Source: Perkinsus olseni
Taxonomy: Eukaryota
Direction of reading: 5' to 3'
Assembly: GCA_013115125.1 (NCBI GenBank)
Contig: JABANN010000037.1
Span: 1-64,000 of the forward strand
Length of the DNA: 64,000 nucleotides
The translations under genes were made by a program, and so were the position numbers. Shown piece by piece: positions 1 through 13,504 of the stretch. The notes beneath the pieces are model-generated. The model saw only the letters and a program-made list of their open reading frames with translations, made no database searches and had not been told where the DNA came from. The first letter of the stretch is position 1, and the number at the start of each line of letters is the position of its first letter.

Positions 1-280
<280 letters not shown>

Positions 281-769
281 CTAGAGAAAGCGCTTGGTTA
301 GCGACAAAGAGGTTCTGAAAGAAGGCAGTTAGTATGGAATCTTCCTTACACGAACCAAGTTCCCACAACGCTTGACGAACTTCACATGAAGTGCCTACTA
401 CCGAAGCATCAGATCATGGAACGGAAGGACAAAGATGCGGTTCGCCAGGCCTCACGTGAGATGCTGTACAGCGAAGCTTATATCAGCGACGAGTAAGCGA
501 GAGCTGGCCTCACACAAGCCCGCATTCCAGCGACCGAAACGGTTCCCAATTTTGGGCGAGCGAGATGAATTATGGGCGAAGTTAAGGGCGAGCGAGACAT
601 AAGATGCACTTTATATTTCGCGCGCGCCCTACCCGGCGCGAGTCTGAGCACCGGGTTGAGCCATGTGTCCTTGCGTCGCATGACTCCATGGAGGCAGCCC
701 TCTCCATAGAAGGTGGTGACGGCAGGAATCGTTAGACTCATCAGCCAGTTGTTTCATCCATTCAGCAGA

Positions 770-2542
770 ATGCGGCCTCTTGCTAGGAGGGTGTCGGGCC
801 TCTTCTCGCGACACTTTTGCTCGCCCACCGGAATCGCCAAACCTCGGAGTGGACCCCTATCGGAGGGTATGACCGGCGGAGCGATGAAGATGACGTTAAG
901 ACCATGGGTTAAAAGTGGATGGGAGAAGCCCGTTGGTAGGTGTCGAGCCTGTTAGTTGATACAGATGCCACATTGTGTCTGCACGGTTAGGGTATTGGTT
1001 GCTTGGCACGTCGGGCCTGCTAGCGGGAATGGTTCTGGTGGGCGGCTATACTCGGCTCTCTGGTGCAGGCCTTTCGATGACCAACTGGAAATTCCAGGTA
1101 GCCTGGACACCGCCTGACCTCTAACGTGGCGCATAGAGCCCACTTCAGGGTTCACTTCCGCCCAACACTCCTGAGGCCTGGGAGCATGAGTTTCTCCGCT
1201 ATCAAGAATTCCCAGAGTACAAACGGATACACAAGGTTGGTGTATTCCACTCAAAGAGCTTGGCTCATCCAATTTGGATGTACACGACTCCTACTGGTTC
1301 AGAACGCGATGACAGTTGATGAGTTCAAGGAGATATATCTCATCGAGTGGTTCCATAGGATGCTTGGTCGAGGTACGCGAACAGTTCCTCTGACTTCACA
1401 TCACTGGCTGCAGGTATCGGCATATTCTTCGGAGTGCCCTTCATGTTCCTGTCCCTGAGCAGGGTCATCAAGTGGCCCCTTGGTAGCCGCTTAGGTCTTC
1501 TCCTTGGCGCTGGCGCTACACAAGTAGACACTCTACTCAATAACGGCCTCCAATTGTGCGTGCTTCAGGGCTTAGTCGGGTGGTGGATGGTCCGCTCCGG
1601 TCTTGAGGAGAACCCTGACCCATACGCAAGGCCCCGAGTCTCCAGCTATCGCATGTGCTTCCACTGGCTGATGGCGTTGGTCCTCTATGGAGGTCAGTGC
1701 TTGAAGAGCTGCAGCGGTGTCAAGCCAGTTTATGCTCTCCTCTAGCAGGTACCGTGTGGTGCGGTTTGTCAGCGCTCAGGCCGACTCCAGCGTCTACAAA
1801 GCTCGCTTCTCTGACTGCACTGAAATCGCTGAGGCGATGGGCTCTCATCCCGACATTAGCAGCCCTGATCACGCTCACTAGCGGGCCTTTCGTTGCTGGT
1901 AAGCACTGTAACTCTTCCCGCGAACGTTTCCACCCGTCATGCTGTATAAGATGCTCGCAGCGCTCAGGTTTGGATGCTGGACGAGCTTTCAATACGTGGC
2001 CTAAGATGATAGACGACTGGGTACCCGATGAGGCCTGGAAATTCTGGGGTAAGGGCGTCGCTTGCGTAAGTTCCCGAGTCCAGGCCTTGCAGGTGATCTG
2101 GTATCCACCGGAAAGACGCAGTGGCTGGCAGCGACTGAGAATACGGCAGTAGTCCAATTCAACCACCGTTGCCTGGCATACACCACTGTTATCTCCTCCG
2201 TTCTTCTTGGACTCTACGCCCGAAAAATGAGAGATGTACGATAAGTGCAAAAGGCTTCTCCTTGACGCTTGCGCACGACGGATCCTGTCAGTCCATCCCT
2301 AAAAGTGCTTATCGGGCGGCTATTTCGACGAGTCATCTCTCCATCGTGCAGATGCTCCTCGGCATCTCAACTTTATTGATGTATGTTCCTACGGAACTAG
2401 GTGAGCAGCAGCTAATCGATGTTTTCTCATCTTCCACCCACTGCTAGGAGTCCTTCACCAAGGTGGTGGTTTGGCGGTCTACACAGCCCTGATCATGCTA
2501 AGACACGCTTGCCGTCTCCCGTTGCCTGTAGCAGCCGTATAG
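770..2542 (+). CDS. COX15: Heme A synthase COX15, multi-exon
   Basis: Spliced peptides YWLLGTSGLLAGMVLVGGYTRLSGAGLSMTNWKF, EFKEIYLIEWFHRMLGR, QGLVGWWMVRSGL, PRVSSYRMCFH, SGPFVAG-LDAGRAFNTWPKM, VQFNHRCLAY, QMLLGISTLLMYVP and LHQGG. The N-terminus is Arg/Ser-rich like a presequence. Confidence 0.93.
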
Positions 2543-2911
2543 GTCAGAACGATTGTGACTGAATCGAGTGTTTCTGAGGTGATTATTCATTTCATAGCTG
2601 TCCTTCTCTTCTGTTCAACATTTGAAACATGCCAGACGACGAGTTTTTACCGTACGACGCTAGTTGAGTTATAGTAGGAACAGCCTTTTACTCTTTGGTA
2701 AACAAAAACCTGTGTGGATCGATATACAACTATGGCAAGATTCTGTGATTACCTGACCAGTCAAAAGCGGCAGATGAGAGCTAAATAGGATTATTGGAAT
2801 CTATTCTCTATTAAGGCAGTTGCCACACTGTGGGATACCCTTCTAAGTAAGTGCTCACAATCACCGACGATATTGACAACCCAACACTAGTATGGTTAAA
2901 GGAACTTATAA

Positions 2912-4227
2912 TCATCGATAGAAATGTGGTTCACGGACAGGTGGCCGCACAGTATCAAACGACAACCCGGCAGCCCATCTGCCAAAATAGCCCCGAGCCT
3001 TGGCGCTACCAAGAGCAGCTGGGATAGCATCGAAGTGCATATCGAGTGCATTGGCTGGGCCCATAGTCGGTATGTTCTTGAAATGCTCAATATGGTGCGC
3101 CTGAAGTACAACCCATTCTATCGTCATCGAACTGATTTCTGCACGAAGCCCTCAAGAACTGGGCACATCGGTGAAAGTCTAGCTAGGCCGGTACTAGCGT
3201 TGGACTATAAACACAGACACACTCTCACTATCGCAGTTCCCAATTCTCTCAGTCGTACCTGTAGGCCGCACAATTTGCATTTGTCAACAAACTCCTTAAT
3301 CTCGAACTCTATCCAGGGCCGCTCAGGATCCTTCGTCTGCCGCGGTGTCGAATGTACTTCAATACTAACGCTCTTATCGATGGCGTCGAGCTCCTTTCGC
3401 GTGAGGGGAAATAGCTCGTCCGGCTCGTTAAGGCCGGGGTCAATGAATGTTAATCTGATATACAAACACACCTGGTCGCCACAGGCGACGGTGATACACG
3501 ACGTATTACTTTCTCAGAGGCAAACCAGCAAAGCCGCTCTTCATGAGCGATGAGAGGACAATACAGCCCTTACTGAAGCTATACAGGCTAACCTCCGAGG
3601 CATCCAAGCTGTTCTCTAGAACATTGCTCAAAAGACGCTTCAAGTGAGCAGTCCCATCGGGGGCGATTTCCGGATTCTCTTGCATGTCCTTCCAACGCGG
3701 AGAACCATGAGAATCCACTAGAGTGAAATTGGAGTAGATGGCGTACACTGAGTCTGTTAGCATGTGCGGCCGAATTAGAATCTGAAAGGACCAGGCAAGA
3801 GCAGACTTCCCCTGAGAAAAGCTTGTTGACGAACCCTCTGATTGCACTGCATGTCAACGCTACAGCGAGTCTCTAACTGAGCACATCGGCAAGAGCCTAA
3901 CTATGCCGGAATCGGCGTTGGACTATAAACTCGCACATGAGCAGGCTACCTCGATGGATGTTGGAAGCGTGATGATCGGTCTGAGGGACTCACCAAATCA
4001 ACGTCTTGTGGTACGAGGGTACTGATGACCCATGCAACGCCATCTATACTGTAGCGGTAGTCATTGCGTACGTCTCCACTTGGCCGAGACTTGAACCCTC
4101 CGGCGAAGGTTGAGATGTCTCCGAGGAACCACACTTGAACCCTCTTCCCCGAACCTCTCCGATGGTAAACGTAGTTAAAGCGACCCGCAAGGCCCTCGAC
4201 GGCCCTTACGTTGAAGGACAGTGTCAT
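2912..4227 (-). CDS. C2orf69/UPF0565-like protein (putatively mitochondrial), multi-exon
   Basis: Motifs occur in the same order as in human C2orf69 (recalled from memory): VWFLGD, YSNFTLVDSHGSP, AHLKRLLSN, LYSFSKGCIVLSSL, FIDPG, IEVHSTPRQTKDPERPWIEFEIKEFV, ALDMHF. Confidence 0.75.
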
Positions 4228-4402
4228 CAGAAGAACTGATAGCAGTCAAGTCACCAGAGAACCCGTCAACCCGCTAGGAGTCAGGATCGAGGCTTCTAAA
4301 GTCCTTGCTCGGAGCAACAACTGCCCGTTCCACACTATGCCTACAGGGAGTCAGAAACTGCGCTGGTGATAGATACATCTAAAGGGCATCGCAGAAACAC
4401 TA

Positions 4403-5071
4403 CTAGAGCATCTGACTGACTGCCTCCGACGGCAATTGGATGGTCGTTTTGTCCATCTCAGGTGTGACAGTAACTTGGCACCCAAGTCTGCTAGTTTCGG
4501 TTACTTCTGCGGCTAAGTCGAGCATGTCCAGCTCCTCCTAAAGGCATTAACAAGGCGTTTTCTCGCTCAGACTCACACTGAGTCTCATAAGCAACAGTCA
4601 TGAGCAACACCACAGAAGCTACCGGGCTTCGCAGCGTCAACCTCATGCTACGATCAACACGTATCGAGTTATTACCTCATCAGGCTCAGATATTGATTTG
4701 AAGACCTCCTCCGGAAGAATCATGTGGCATGTGGCACAAGCGCACTGGAACAAAGAAGTTACCCGACTCAACAACCGCTCGCTTACTTGCCCACCGCAAG
4801 CTGCTTCGATGTCGATATCGTTCGCGTGGGCCACCTCCAGAAGAGACTAAGCGAAAATGCAGTGGAAGACTTCACACGACTGGGGAAGGGCAGCACCGTT
4901 GTCGAGTATCACCTGCCCTAAGCGCGCGTTCACAGTTTTCAGAATATTGCCTTCGGTGTCAGCGAAATTCAACAAGACGTGATTAGCAGCGGAGAAGTAC
5001 CGCAGAGAAGGAAGTCTCCGAGCAGCATTGAGGAACGTAGGTAGCGTCGACCGAAGATGGGAAAGCAGCAT
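4403..5071 (-). CDS. Mitochondrial adrenodoxin-type [2Fe-2S] ferredoxin, 4 exons
   Basis: Presequence MLLSHLRSTLPTFLNAARRLPSLRYFS, then SLLEVAHANDIDIEAACGGQ|CACATCHMIL...EELDMLDLAAEVTETSRLGCQV, which carries all four cluster cysteines. Confidence 0.93.
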
Positions 5072-5190
5072 TCAGGAACGATACAGCCACTGTCACAGCA
5101 ACGACTCGTCACCGGTCACCCATCATCAGCCGCACATCAACCAGATGAAAATATGTGTTGACCGAACACAACCCTCGTAGACTAAGTGAA

Positions 5191-6711
5191 TCACTTGGTC
5201 TTGGGCTTGGTCGTAGTAGTGAGTTGCGAGGGAGTGAATAAACAACGGGGTCTCCGCTGGAGGAACATGCACCACCACATTAGGACAGCAGCTACCAGTG
5301 CCGCCCCCAATGCGGGTATAAGCCGTAACTGAGAAGGTGGAGGAGGCTGCCAATACCCGCGATTCAATGATGAAAGGTCCATCTAATGAGACCCCAGTAC
5401 TGTCCTATAACGACTTCAGTTGCCAAGATTAGACGATACTCTCGGCTTATCGCTGAAGAGGGAGTGATAATGAGGTGGTTCGCAAGGTGTTCACTAGTTG
5501 CGGTCGCCGATTCACAGCGCAATTTTCTTTTGACAGATGGGTTACTGGTGATACTGGTCGTATTTCTCCGAAAAATGCGTATCAGCAAGTTTCCGCGTTA
5601 AGTAATTACGAGGCCTCAAAGCCTTGTTCACGAGGCACCTTCGAAACAGCCTTTACGACGCTAACCTACCTGGCTCTCAGGGAGAACTCCAAACACGAGT
5701 GGTTCCATGATGATGTTGAATGCTACGGGCTCTTCCATCTTACCAGGGATGTAGGACGCTGATCTCGGACGGGTTCGAAGTTGGAGAATATACCGCCTGA
5801 GGGAGCATGCACTGGAGCCAGATACGTCGATAACCCGGTAGTCTCTGTTGGAAATCGCTGAGATTCTTTCCCAAACTCGAGAGTCGCGCGTTAAGCATAT
5901 AACTCGCGCAGACATTAGCATCGTACTCCTTGTACTGGTTTGGATGTGCACTGCATGCATTTGGTGGTGCCACCAGAAAGCCAGATCAGTAGAGCTGTGC
6001 GGTTTATGCTAGGGACGCAACACATTCAGCCCAAGCATGGGATGCTGAAACACACCAATCGTGATCACCACAGAGATATCTCAATAAACCGAGCACACGC
6101 CTCGCTAGCGGAGGCTTCATTGAAGCCTTGTTTCCGCTTCAACGTGATTGAGTGATTGAAGCCGCTTCAACAAGATCAAGTGCAATCTTGCTACCGGGAT
6201 TGACCAGCTCTTCCAGTAGAGCCGCAAATTTGTACATGGATCCAGTAGTATAGTACGGACTGCCGTTGACCTTCGCGGCCTCTACAAATTTCTCCCTTGT
6301 GATGTCGGTAATCACACTTGTGATGCGTGTGAAGAAGCCGGTAGGTGCCATGCTATATATCGCCAAGAATGTGATGATGTGATTCCTGTAATTATCAGGC
6401 GTCCAGAGGAAGTCCTCGAGCGTGGCAGATACTGCTCCTGACAACCACTTCTCACCGACTTCAACTCCCTCGGCACCGATAGCTGCTTTCAATTGAGATA
6501 TATTTCTACGATCAGCATCGTCGATCTTGTCTTGATCGTCGATCGTCGATCTTGTAGACTGTCGGAAGAGACATGACTGATTGATCGCAGAATTTAGTGT
6601 ATCATCAAATTGAGCCAGAGAGGCTACAGCAATACCAGGTATTGCGCGAACAGAGGTACCTACTACAGCAGGTACTACCAATACTAGATACAGAGCTAAG
6701 CATCCAACCAT
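5191..6711 (-). CDS. Hypothetical signal-peptide protein, possibly type I membrane, multi-exon
   Basis: MVGCLALYLVLVVPAVVG signal-like start opens a ~190-codon exon. A hydrophobic segment (IPALGAALVAAVLMWWCMFL) plus basic tail lies at 5191-5330. Joining these into one gene is inferred. Confidence 0.4.
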
Positions 6712-6894
6712 TGTACAAGACCATGGAGTGGGCATACCGTGGCCGTACACTGCTCGGACACAGTACAGCAGCCGATGGTCACTCGTCCACCCTTGCCTAT
6801 TTGGTCGGTCTTCAAGTGCCGGATCGTGCAGCACGGTGGATCGTGAGTTTTGAGAGTCTCTAATGGAGACCCCCTCCATTTGACGTCCGACAGC

Positions 6895-7980
6895 TAAAGC
6901 TCAGCCACTCCTCTTAGACGGAGGAGACTGCACATGCCCACCAGGAACGCCACAACGATACATGGTCACAACGATAGGTGGATAGGTATTGAAAAGACGC
7001 TCTTTCCATCGGTATGCTGCAATGAACCGGAAGATTAATACTTGAGGTACTTACTGAGTAAAAACTGGTATTTCCTCCCGAATTTTAAGCCGTGTATTCC
7101 AAAATTATTTGGCACATTTTTCGAGGGACCCTCCGAGATCTCGGCACCCATTAAGAGTTGTGGTCTGAAACTTTGGGGTTATACTCGGTAGGGTCCTAGA
7201 AGGTATCTCTATGAATTTCGTTTCGTAACTCGTCCCAGTTGGAGCTGGCGGCGAGAAAAACACGATATTCCAAATTTATTTGGAGGGCTGTATGCTACAA
7301 CACTCATTGAACTGGTTTGAATTTCAATGCGAAGTGCCCAGCAGCATTGCCAGTAGTCGCGCCCTGGCACCTTCGCCACTTGTTCATGGTTCACGTTAAT
7401 CATATCACCCAGGATGCCGCTGACCTCAAAGTCGAATCCGGTTCGCCAGCTCCAATAATCGTCCCGTTGCCGTCTGTCCTGAAGACGATCTTAAAGTCGT
7501 CCACCTCGACGGCCGGATCTCTAGCTTCGGTAGCCGACAGCACAAAGAAGGTACTCATAGGCGCCTGGCCAGGCATCGAAGTCTGAGAACAACACCGCCG
7601 ATAGCGCAATCCCGCAGTCACTGGCTGAGCAAAATACATTTCCCAAAATCCTCGCGCGTCACTCCCGATACGCCCGAATATGCAAGAGAGATATCACTGA
7701 TATCCCGAGCCACAGAGTTCGATTGGATCGTAGCGAAGGCGCGGTGAGCAGCAATACGGTTTGTTCCCCAGCTCACTCTAACTTCATATCCTCTATTAGG
7801 TTCCAGGCTTTCTGCATCGATCGCATAGTCAATGACATCACCAGGCACTGCTGTCTCGAAGGACAGCAATTGCCCAGGTATCAGAGTCTTCCCTGCGATA
7901 CCATCCACTGGGGCCCTCACCGCCATACTCAGTGACAGGCAATTCACGATCAGTAGCAAAGCCGCTGGCTGAGGTCGCAT
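6895..7980 (-). CDS. Hypothetical signal-peptide protein, weakly Pga1-like
   Basis: MRPQPAALLLIVNCLSLSMAVRA signal, then SLEPNRGYEVR|TSMPGQAP and EVDDFKIVFRTDG. The 3' end is uncertain. Confidence 0.35.
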
Positions 7981-8346
7981 GACGAAAAGTTTGAACTGAA
8001 GGGCGAGAGCGCTCGTGGAGAGCATGGACATGGACCACCCTACACCACCTCGTAGGCGATGCCCAACCTCCCTCGCTTACGACCAAGCAGCTCAGCCAGC
8101 TAACTAACCGGAGTGCAGAGCCGTAGGCACACAATACACACTCAGAACAGTGGAGCGAATCGCTCAAAGCGATTTCGGTGCATCTCAATAGCATTATAAT
8201 TGCTCTTCGCTCGCACTGGAGGAAGTACAGCCTAACAGAGTCTACAAGTCGATCCTCATCCACGTCATTGAAACTCAGCACTCGTGTTCACCAGAAGAAA
8301 CGCTACAAATTATCTTGTAAACTCCCGGTGGACAATGCACAAACAT

Positions 8347-10299
8347 TCACTCGCTCTTTTTTGATTCCTTAGACCCTTTTCTGGCATTCGTCTTTGCGGC
8401 CACCTTGCGATCACCCTTTGGTGCTGGTTGCTTATGCCAATCGAAGTTGGCGATGAAGGTGCATACTATCGCTATGTGAACGGCAAAGAAGAGAGTTGAG
8501 GCTCCGAAAAGCTCGATGAACCTACCAATGGCAACAGGCAGTTGATTCAGAAAGCCTGACGAATCGCGCGACACCACAACCTAAGAAAGTACATCAGTAG
8601 TATCCCAGTCTTACGTATTCATCCCCTCGAACTCCAGCTTGTACGCGAAGAACAGCCAGAGGCCTTCAGTTAACAACCACAGCACTGAGAAATAACAAGT
8701 CGGCGAACAAAGCCTCCGGTGTGGATGGACACGGCAACTACGCAAAGAGACGAGTGGAGATGGACCTCACGGCACTTACCCCCTAGCGTCGCTAGCCAGG
8801 TCTTGTTGACAGTCGGCTTGAGCTGCCCCAATGCCAACGGCAGCAAGGCGAGGTACCACACGAAATACTGTGCTGTGCATACTTTGTTGAAGGCCACAAA
8901 CAGGACCGTCTAGCAGGAGAGCGACCACAGGTAGGCACTAACAGCGGAAGGGCCGGCTACCTGTAGGAAACTGCCCATGTTAAGGCTGATTCGACTGAAT
9001 GTACATCCAACGGCGAGAACCGCCACCCACTGTGGGATGAACGTAACGACCGACAGAGCCATCGAAGGCACTTCTGCCGACAGGTACCTACAGCCAGCAG
9101 GCGATGAGTGCCGAAGATCCTACAAGGCCAGCAGTGAGAAGTCTTACATCAAGTAGAAGAAGATCGAGAAGTTGTGGCGATGATCTCTTCGGACGAAATG
9201 ATAAAGGTAGGTCTAAAAAATGCGATGGATCCGACGGTAGATGGAGATAGAGAAATAAGACTTCCTCACCTCGAAAAGGAACTGCCAGCCGTAAATGTAA
9301 TAGAGTATTCCGAGCAGGACGAAGAACAGCCCAGCGCTGATGACTGTGTACCATATCTGAATAAGCTTCGCTCCGCTAACAAAAACCGCGCTGCGAACAC
9401 TCACTTGTGTACTGTTAAGTTTCAGTGCTTTGAGCACGCCCACCCGCTGGAACGCTAGGAAGTCGGGATTGAGGTACCTGGCCGATCGCGTATCTTCGAG
9501 GAGGCTTCCGAACGAAGCCCACTGCCCTTACATGACCAAAGGAATGGCGTAGATGACCGGAAAGATCTTCATATGCACGCTGAAGCCAAACCACAAGGCG
9601 CTGCGAATCCACTCCCCTCGTTGGATGTGATATAGGGTGGCCACGACCATCAGGCATATAAGAGAATCTGAACAACAACATGCCGATCCTCGAAGAACAG
9701 GGCGGTGGCGGCCCACCCGCGTTGCCCCTGGTGGAGACGTTCAGGGTGATGGGTGATAGCAACCATACCGCCGACAGCTTGCTGGCCGTAGACGGACTCT
9801 TCCCAGCATCCTTCAACATACGGTACCTGCCAGGTTCGAACCCTGTCCGTTGGAGGACTCGCCGAAGCTCTTACAACATCAGGCCAATGGCCATATCGCA
9901 GAGAGAGAAGAGAACTTTCCCGAAGGTTATATGAACGCTGATGTTGGGTACCAATAGCCATGCTCTGAAAAAACAGAGACTGACGACGCCGCACTAAGGA
10001 CAGATTCTGTGGCCGAATAGCAGAGAAAGGCCTACAGCAATGGGGTGTAGCGGTAAGTATGCCGTTCAAAGGGACTGCCACCTCGGTACACAGCCCTGGC
10101 CGCATCAGTATACACCATGTAGTCGATGTCAGTGTACTTCACTCGGACTGATACAAAAAGAGTTAACATGGTGGTACGCCCTCGGGGTGAGCGACTTACG
10201 ATGGGTATCCTGCCAGTGACCGTAGACAATAAGGCACACGTGGATAACGGCGGACAGCACCGCGACGAAGCGGAAGTCCGACAGAGCCTCATTCAACAT
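8347..10299 (-). CDS. PIGM: GPI mannosyltransferase I (PIG-M/Gpi14), multi-exon
   Basis: YGHWQD...[15 protein letters not shown]...[66 protein letters not shown]. The Lys-rich C-terminus ends KKSE, a dilysine ER-retrieval-like motif. Confidence 0.93.
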
Positions 10300-10485
10300 C
10301 CTCAACAACCTACAGTACTTATCCTCATCCCCCTTAGCCCATTGAACACAGTGAGTAGCAAGAGAGAAGAGAACAGTAAGGAATCTTAGGTTAAACAAAA
10401 TGAAACATAGACAGGTACATCTGCTCCCGTTCTAGGCTAGGGAGAAACAACCACACATCTCTTCCGCGAGGGTAGCAACGTCGGC

Positions 10486-13358
10486 TCACTGAGAAGGTCG
10501 CGCGCCATAGCCGAGGCCTCCCCCATTGGCAAAGGGATTTAGACTTGCGAAAGGGTCACCCGGCTTCTGCGGGAACTGTGGTGCAGCGGGTAGAGGTTGT
10601 TGTGGGGCCGCCCCATACGGCACAGGCGGGTTCGCGCCTCCAGCCGGTGGAGCGCTGTATACCTGACGAACCCTGTACCGAAGAGTAGCAGACGGAAAGG
10701 CACCCACCATGTTGGCAGCTGGCGCCATCCTAGTTGCCGAGTAGTCCCCCAGCCGGCCCAGAGGTACGCTGTTACTTGGAGGCGTACGCGGCACAGGGCG
10801 AACTTGAGCAGCCGGCTGCTGCTGATACTGAGCCGGCGGTGTGCCCGGGCGCTGGTGATTGAGCGCTTGCGGGGCTCGGCTATACCCGCTTGTCTGAGGG
10901 TATCCTTGCGGCTGCGCGGCTTGAGGGGGAGGGGAGGCGTATCTTTGGGGTGCTACGGCAGGCTGCGTCTGAGCTTGCCCTGCTACGAATGATGCCGGCA
11001 CTGAGTTAGGTGGAGGGCCCTGGTAGACATAGTACGGTTGCCGAGGCTGCTGCTGCTGCTGCTGCTGCTGAGAACTTGGATGCGGCTGATGGGTGGTTCT
11101 GGCGAGCTGGGGAACTCCCTGAGGCTGCTGTCGGGCCCCTACTCCTGCCCTCTGCCCACCAGCATATGCTGCATGGTGACTTGCGGCCGGTGGCGCAGCG
11201 ACGTTCCTGTACCCCGCTACGGCGCTCTGTTGAGGTGGTGTGATAGGCCTTTGCGGAGGCGGTGTGATAGGCCTCTGCTGAGGAGGTGTGATAGGCCTCT
11301 GCTGAGGAGGTGTGGTAGGCCTCTGCTGTGCGAAGGGATTGCTGCCGCTGGACTGAACTTGGGCTGCTGCCGCATCCAACGAGGCAAAGTCCCCCGTGTT
11401 CCAAACATCATTACTCCCCGTTGCGGCCGTGTTGCTCCAGCCATCACCAGCGGGTCGGCTACTCGGCTGCTGCTGTGGCACTACCGGCCCCGCACGGCTG
11501 GCAGCCAAGCCCATCTGGCCTCGTGGAGGGACGACTGCATTACAACGCGTGGTCACAGCTCTCCATAGATGCTGCCATTACTACCAATCCCTCCTCGCTC
11601 CCCCGGTCTATCCGCATCCCAGTGCAACATATTCATGAGCCCCTCACAGCTGTCGGTCATGGTATCAACTTGGTTAGATGGACGGGCATCTGATTCCAAC
11701 CTGCCCACCTGAGCCCACACGCCCACACCTCACCTTCGTAGTCATCATCGTCATCAACATCATCATCGTCCAGCTTCATGTGAGCAGGATAACCCTTACC
11801 TAACCAAAAAGCAGTGCTTTTAAAGCACATACCAGGCGGAGCGAAGCAACTCTCCCTACTACGCTTATCAGTGGCATCTTCCTCAGGCTCCTCATCACTC
11901 GAGCTCTCCTCATCCACTTCCTCCTGTGCCCTATCACGGGCCTCTTGCTGTTGTCGTACCCACTGCTGCCGCTGCGACTCGACATCCTTAGCATGCCGGG
12001 CCTCTATATCCCGCAACATAGCAATCTAATACCATCCACCGCCCTACTCACCGCTACCCTCTATCCCTCCTCACCTGAGTATGATACTCCTCCTGGCTCA
12101 TCGGCACCGGTGTCTGTCCAGCCTTGGCAGGGGTCGTTGTGTCCTCGGCATCTTTCCTCATCTGCATCGCCCCAAAGACCCCCGGTGCCCCCATAGGGGC
12201 TGCTGCGGCCATCATAGCGTTATATGCCTCCCAATTGGGAGTGTTGGACTGACACAGCGAGCACTAACGCCCTCTCAAGGCCTACCCCACCAGCAGATAC
12301 TCAGAGTCGTCACCAACGCAATGAGCCCGCTAAGTGTCGAAGCAAAGACTTTCGGGGGAACTAGCACGACACCCTAGAATCGTCCTTTACATCGTAACTC
12401 ACGTCTGGCGCTCCGTTGAAAGGCAAGTTGACAGCGGCCTCCGACGCCGGGCCTTTCTCGCGATCCTTCCAGGTGTCCACGCCTTGCAGCTTCGCACGGA
12501 GGAGCATCTCTCCGGCATACTGACTGTCGTGCATCAGCGGCACCCATCTGACCACCATCGAGAGAACATCCTCAACCGCGTACAAATCTCTTCAGCAACT
12601 ATTACCCCCTAACTTCGCCGTATTTGCGAATGACCTTCATACTCAGATGGCAAACCGCCACATTTTTGTCCGATCGAAACGTCCTCTCTAAAATAACCGT
12701 TATATGTACCTAACCAAATCAATAGCAAAATACGATCTGAACTACGAACAAGAATAATAACGAAACACCAAGTAAGCTGCGTCGAGCGTGTCAACAAGGC
12801 AACGCCCAACGGCTGCTGCTCATCGAGCAGTTTCGGAAGCAAGTTCATTGTAAACCACAAAAACATTTTTCGAGGGACCGTACAGAACTTCTCAATCTTG
12901 TCCATATGTAAATAAGTAGAGATCGGCTTTTGTATGAAAATTAAGACCACCATCAATGATACGCCTGCCAGACTTAGTACTCCCCGTCTCCCGGAACTCA
13001 CGAAAGCTTTGTTCCAGAAGTCAGGATTGTTGCCCTGCTGATCGCCCTTGAGGAAAAACCCTGCCTCCCTATTAAACTCCTTATCATTACTTCCATCTGA
13101 AGGCCACACATCTCAACTGAATAATCGATGGCAGTTCGAGAAGATTTGGCCAAGACTTTAAAGAGCGGGAGATCACAACAATGCCGAGAGTGCCCATCGT
13201 TCAGTCGGCCCATCACTACCAACCCATGCTGTCCTCTTAGGCTTCTGGCCATCCAGTTCTACTTCCACTGCATGACAGCCAGTGTCCTTCAAATGCTTCA
13301 CCCGCATGATAGAGACCCGTAGCTCAGGCTTCACCCAGCCTTTGGCAGGTGTCGGCAT
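10486..13358 (-). CDS. Hypothetical protein: C2-like N-terminus, acidic/coiled middle, long Pro/Gln-rich tail with NPF/DPF motifs
   Basis: Exons ELRVSIMRVKHLKD...VEVELDGQKPKRTAW and RWVPLMHDSQYAGEMLLRAKL resemble C2 strands. The 356-codon last ORF is P/Q-rich with SNPF and GDPFASLNPF. Joining into one gene is inferred. Confidence 0.5.
11226..11328. repeat. 24-bp coding tandem repeat, ~4 copies (encodes QQRPITPP)
   Basis: The unit ggtgtgataggcctctgctgagga recurs with few substitutions. A (CTG)n poly-Gln tract is nearby at ~11048-11070. Confidence 0.9.
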
Positions 13359-13504
13359 ATCGGAATTGGATTAACGACGAAGTCTGTGTACAGATGGACG
13401 AGACAGAACGAAAAGATCTGCAAGTGCCTCTCCCGAATTAATCTCCAATCGAGATTAATTATTCGGGATTCCCGATGACGCCCACAACTCCCACCTAGCG
13501 TGCC

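Noticed and set aside
11226..11328. Regular 24-bp repeats as a CRISPR-like array
   Set aside because: No spacers. It is an in-frame coding repeat in a eukaryotic gene with no cas genes nearby.
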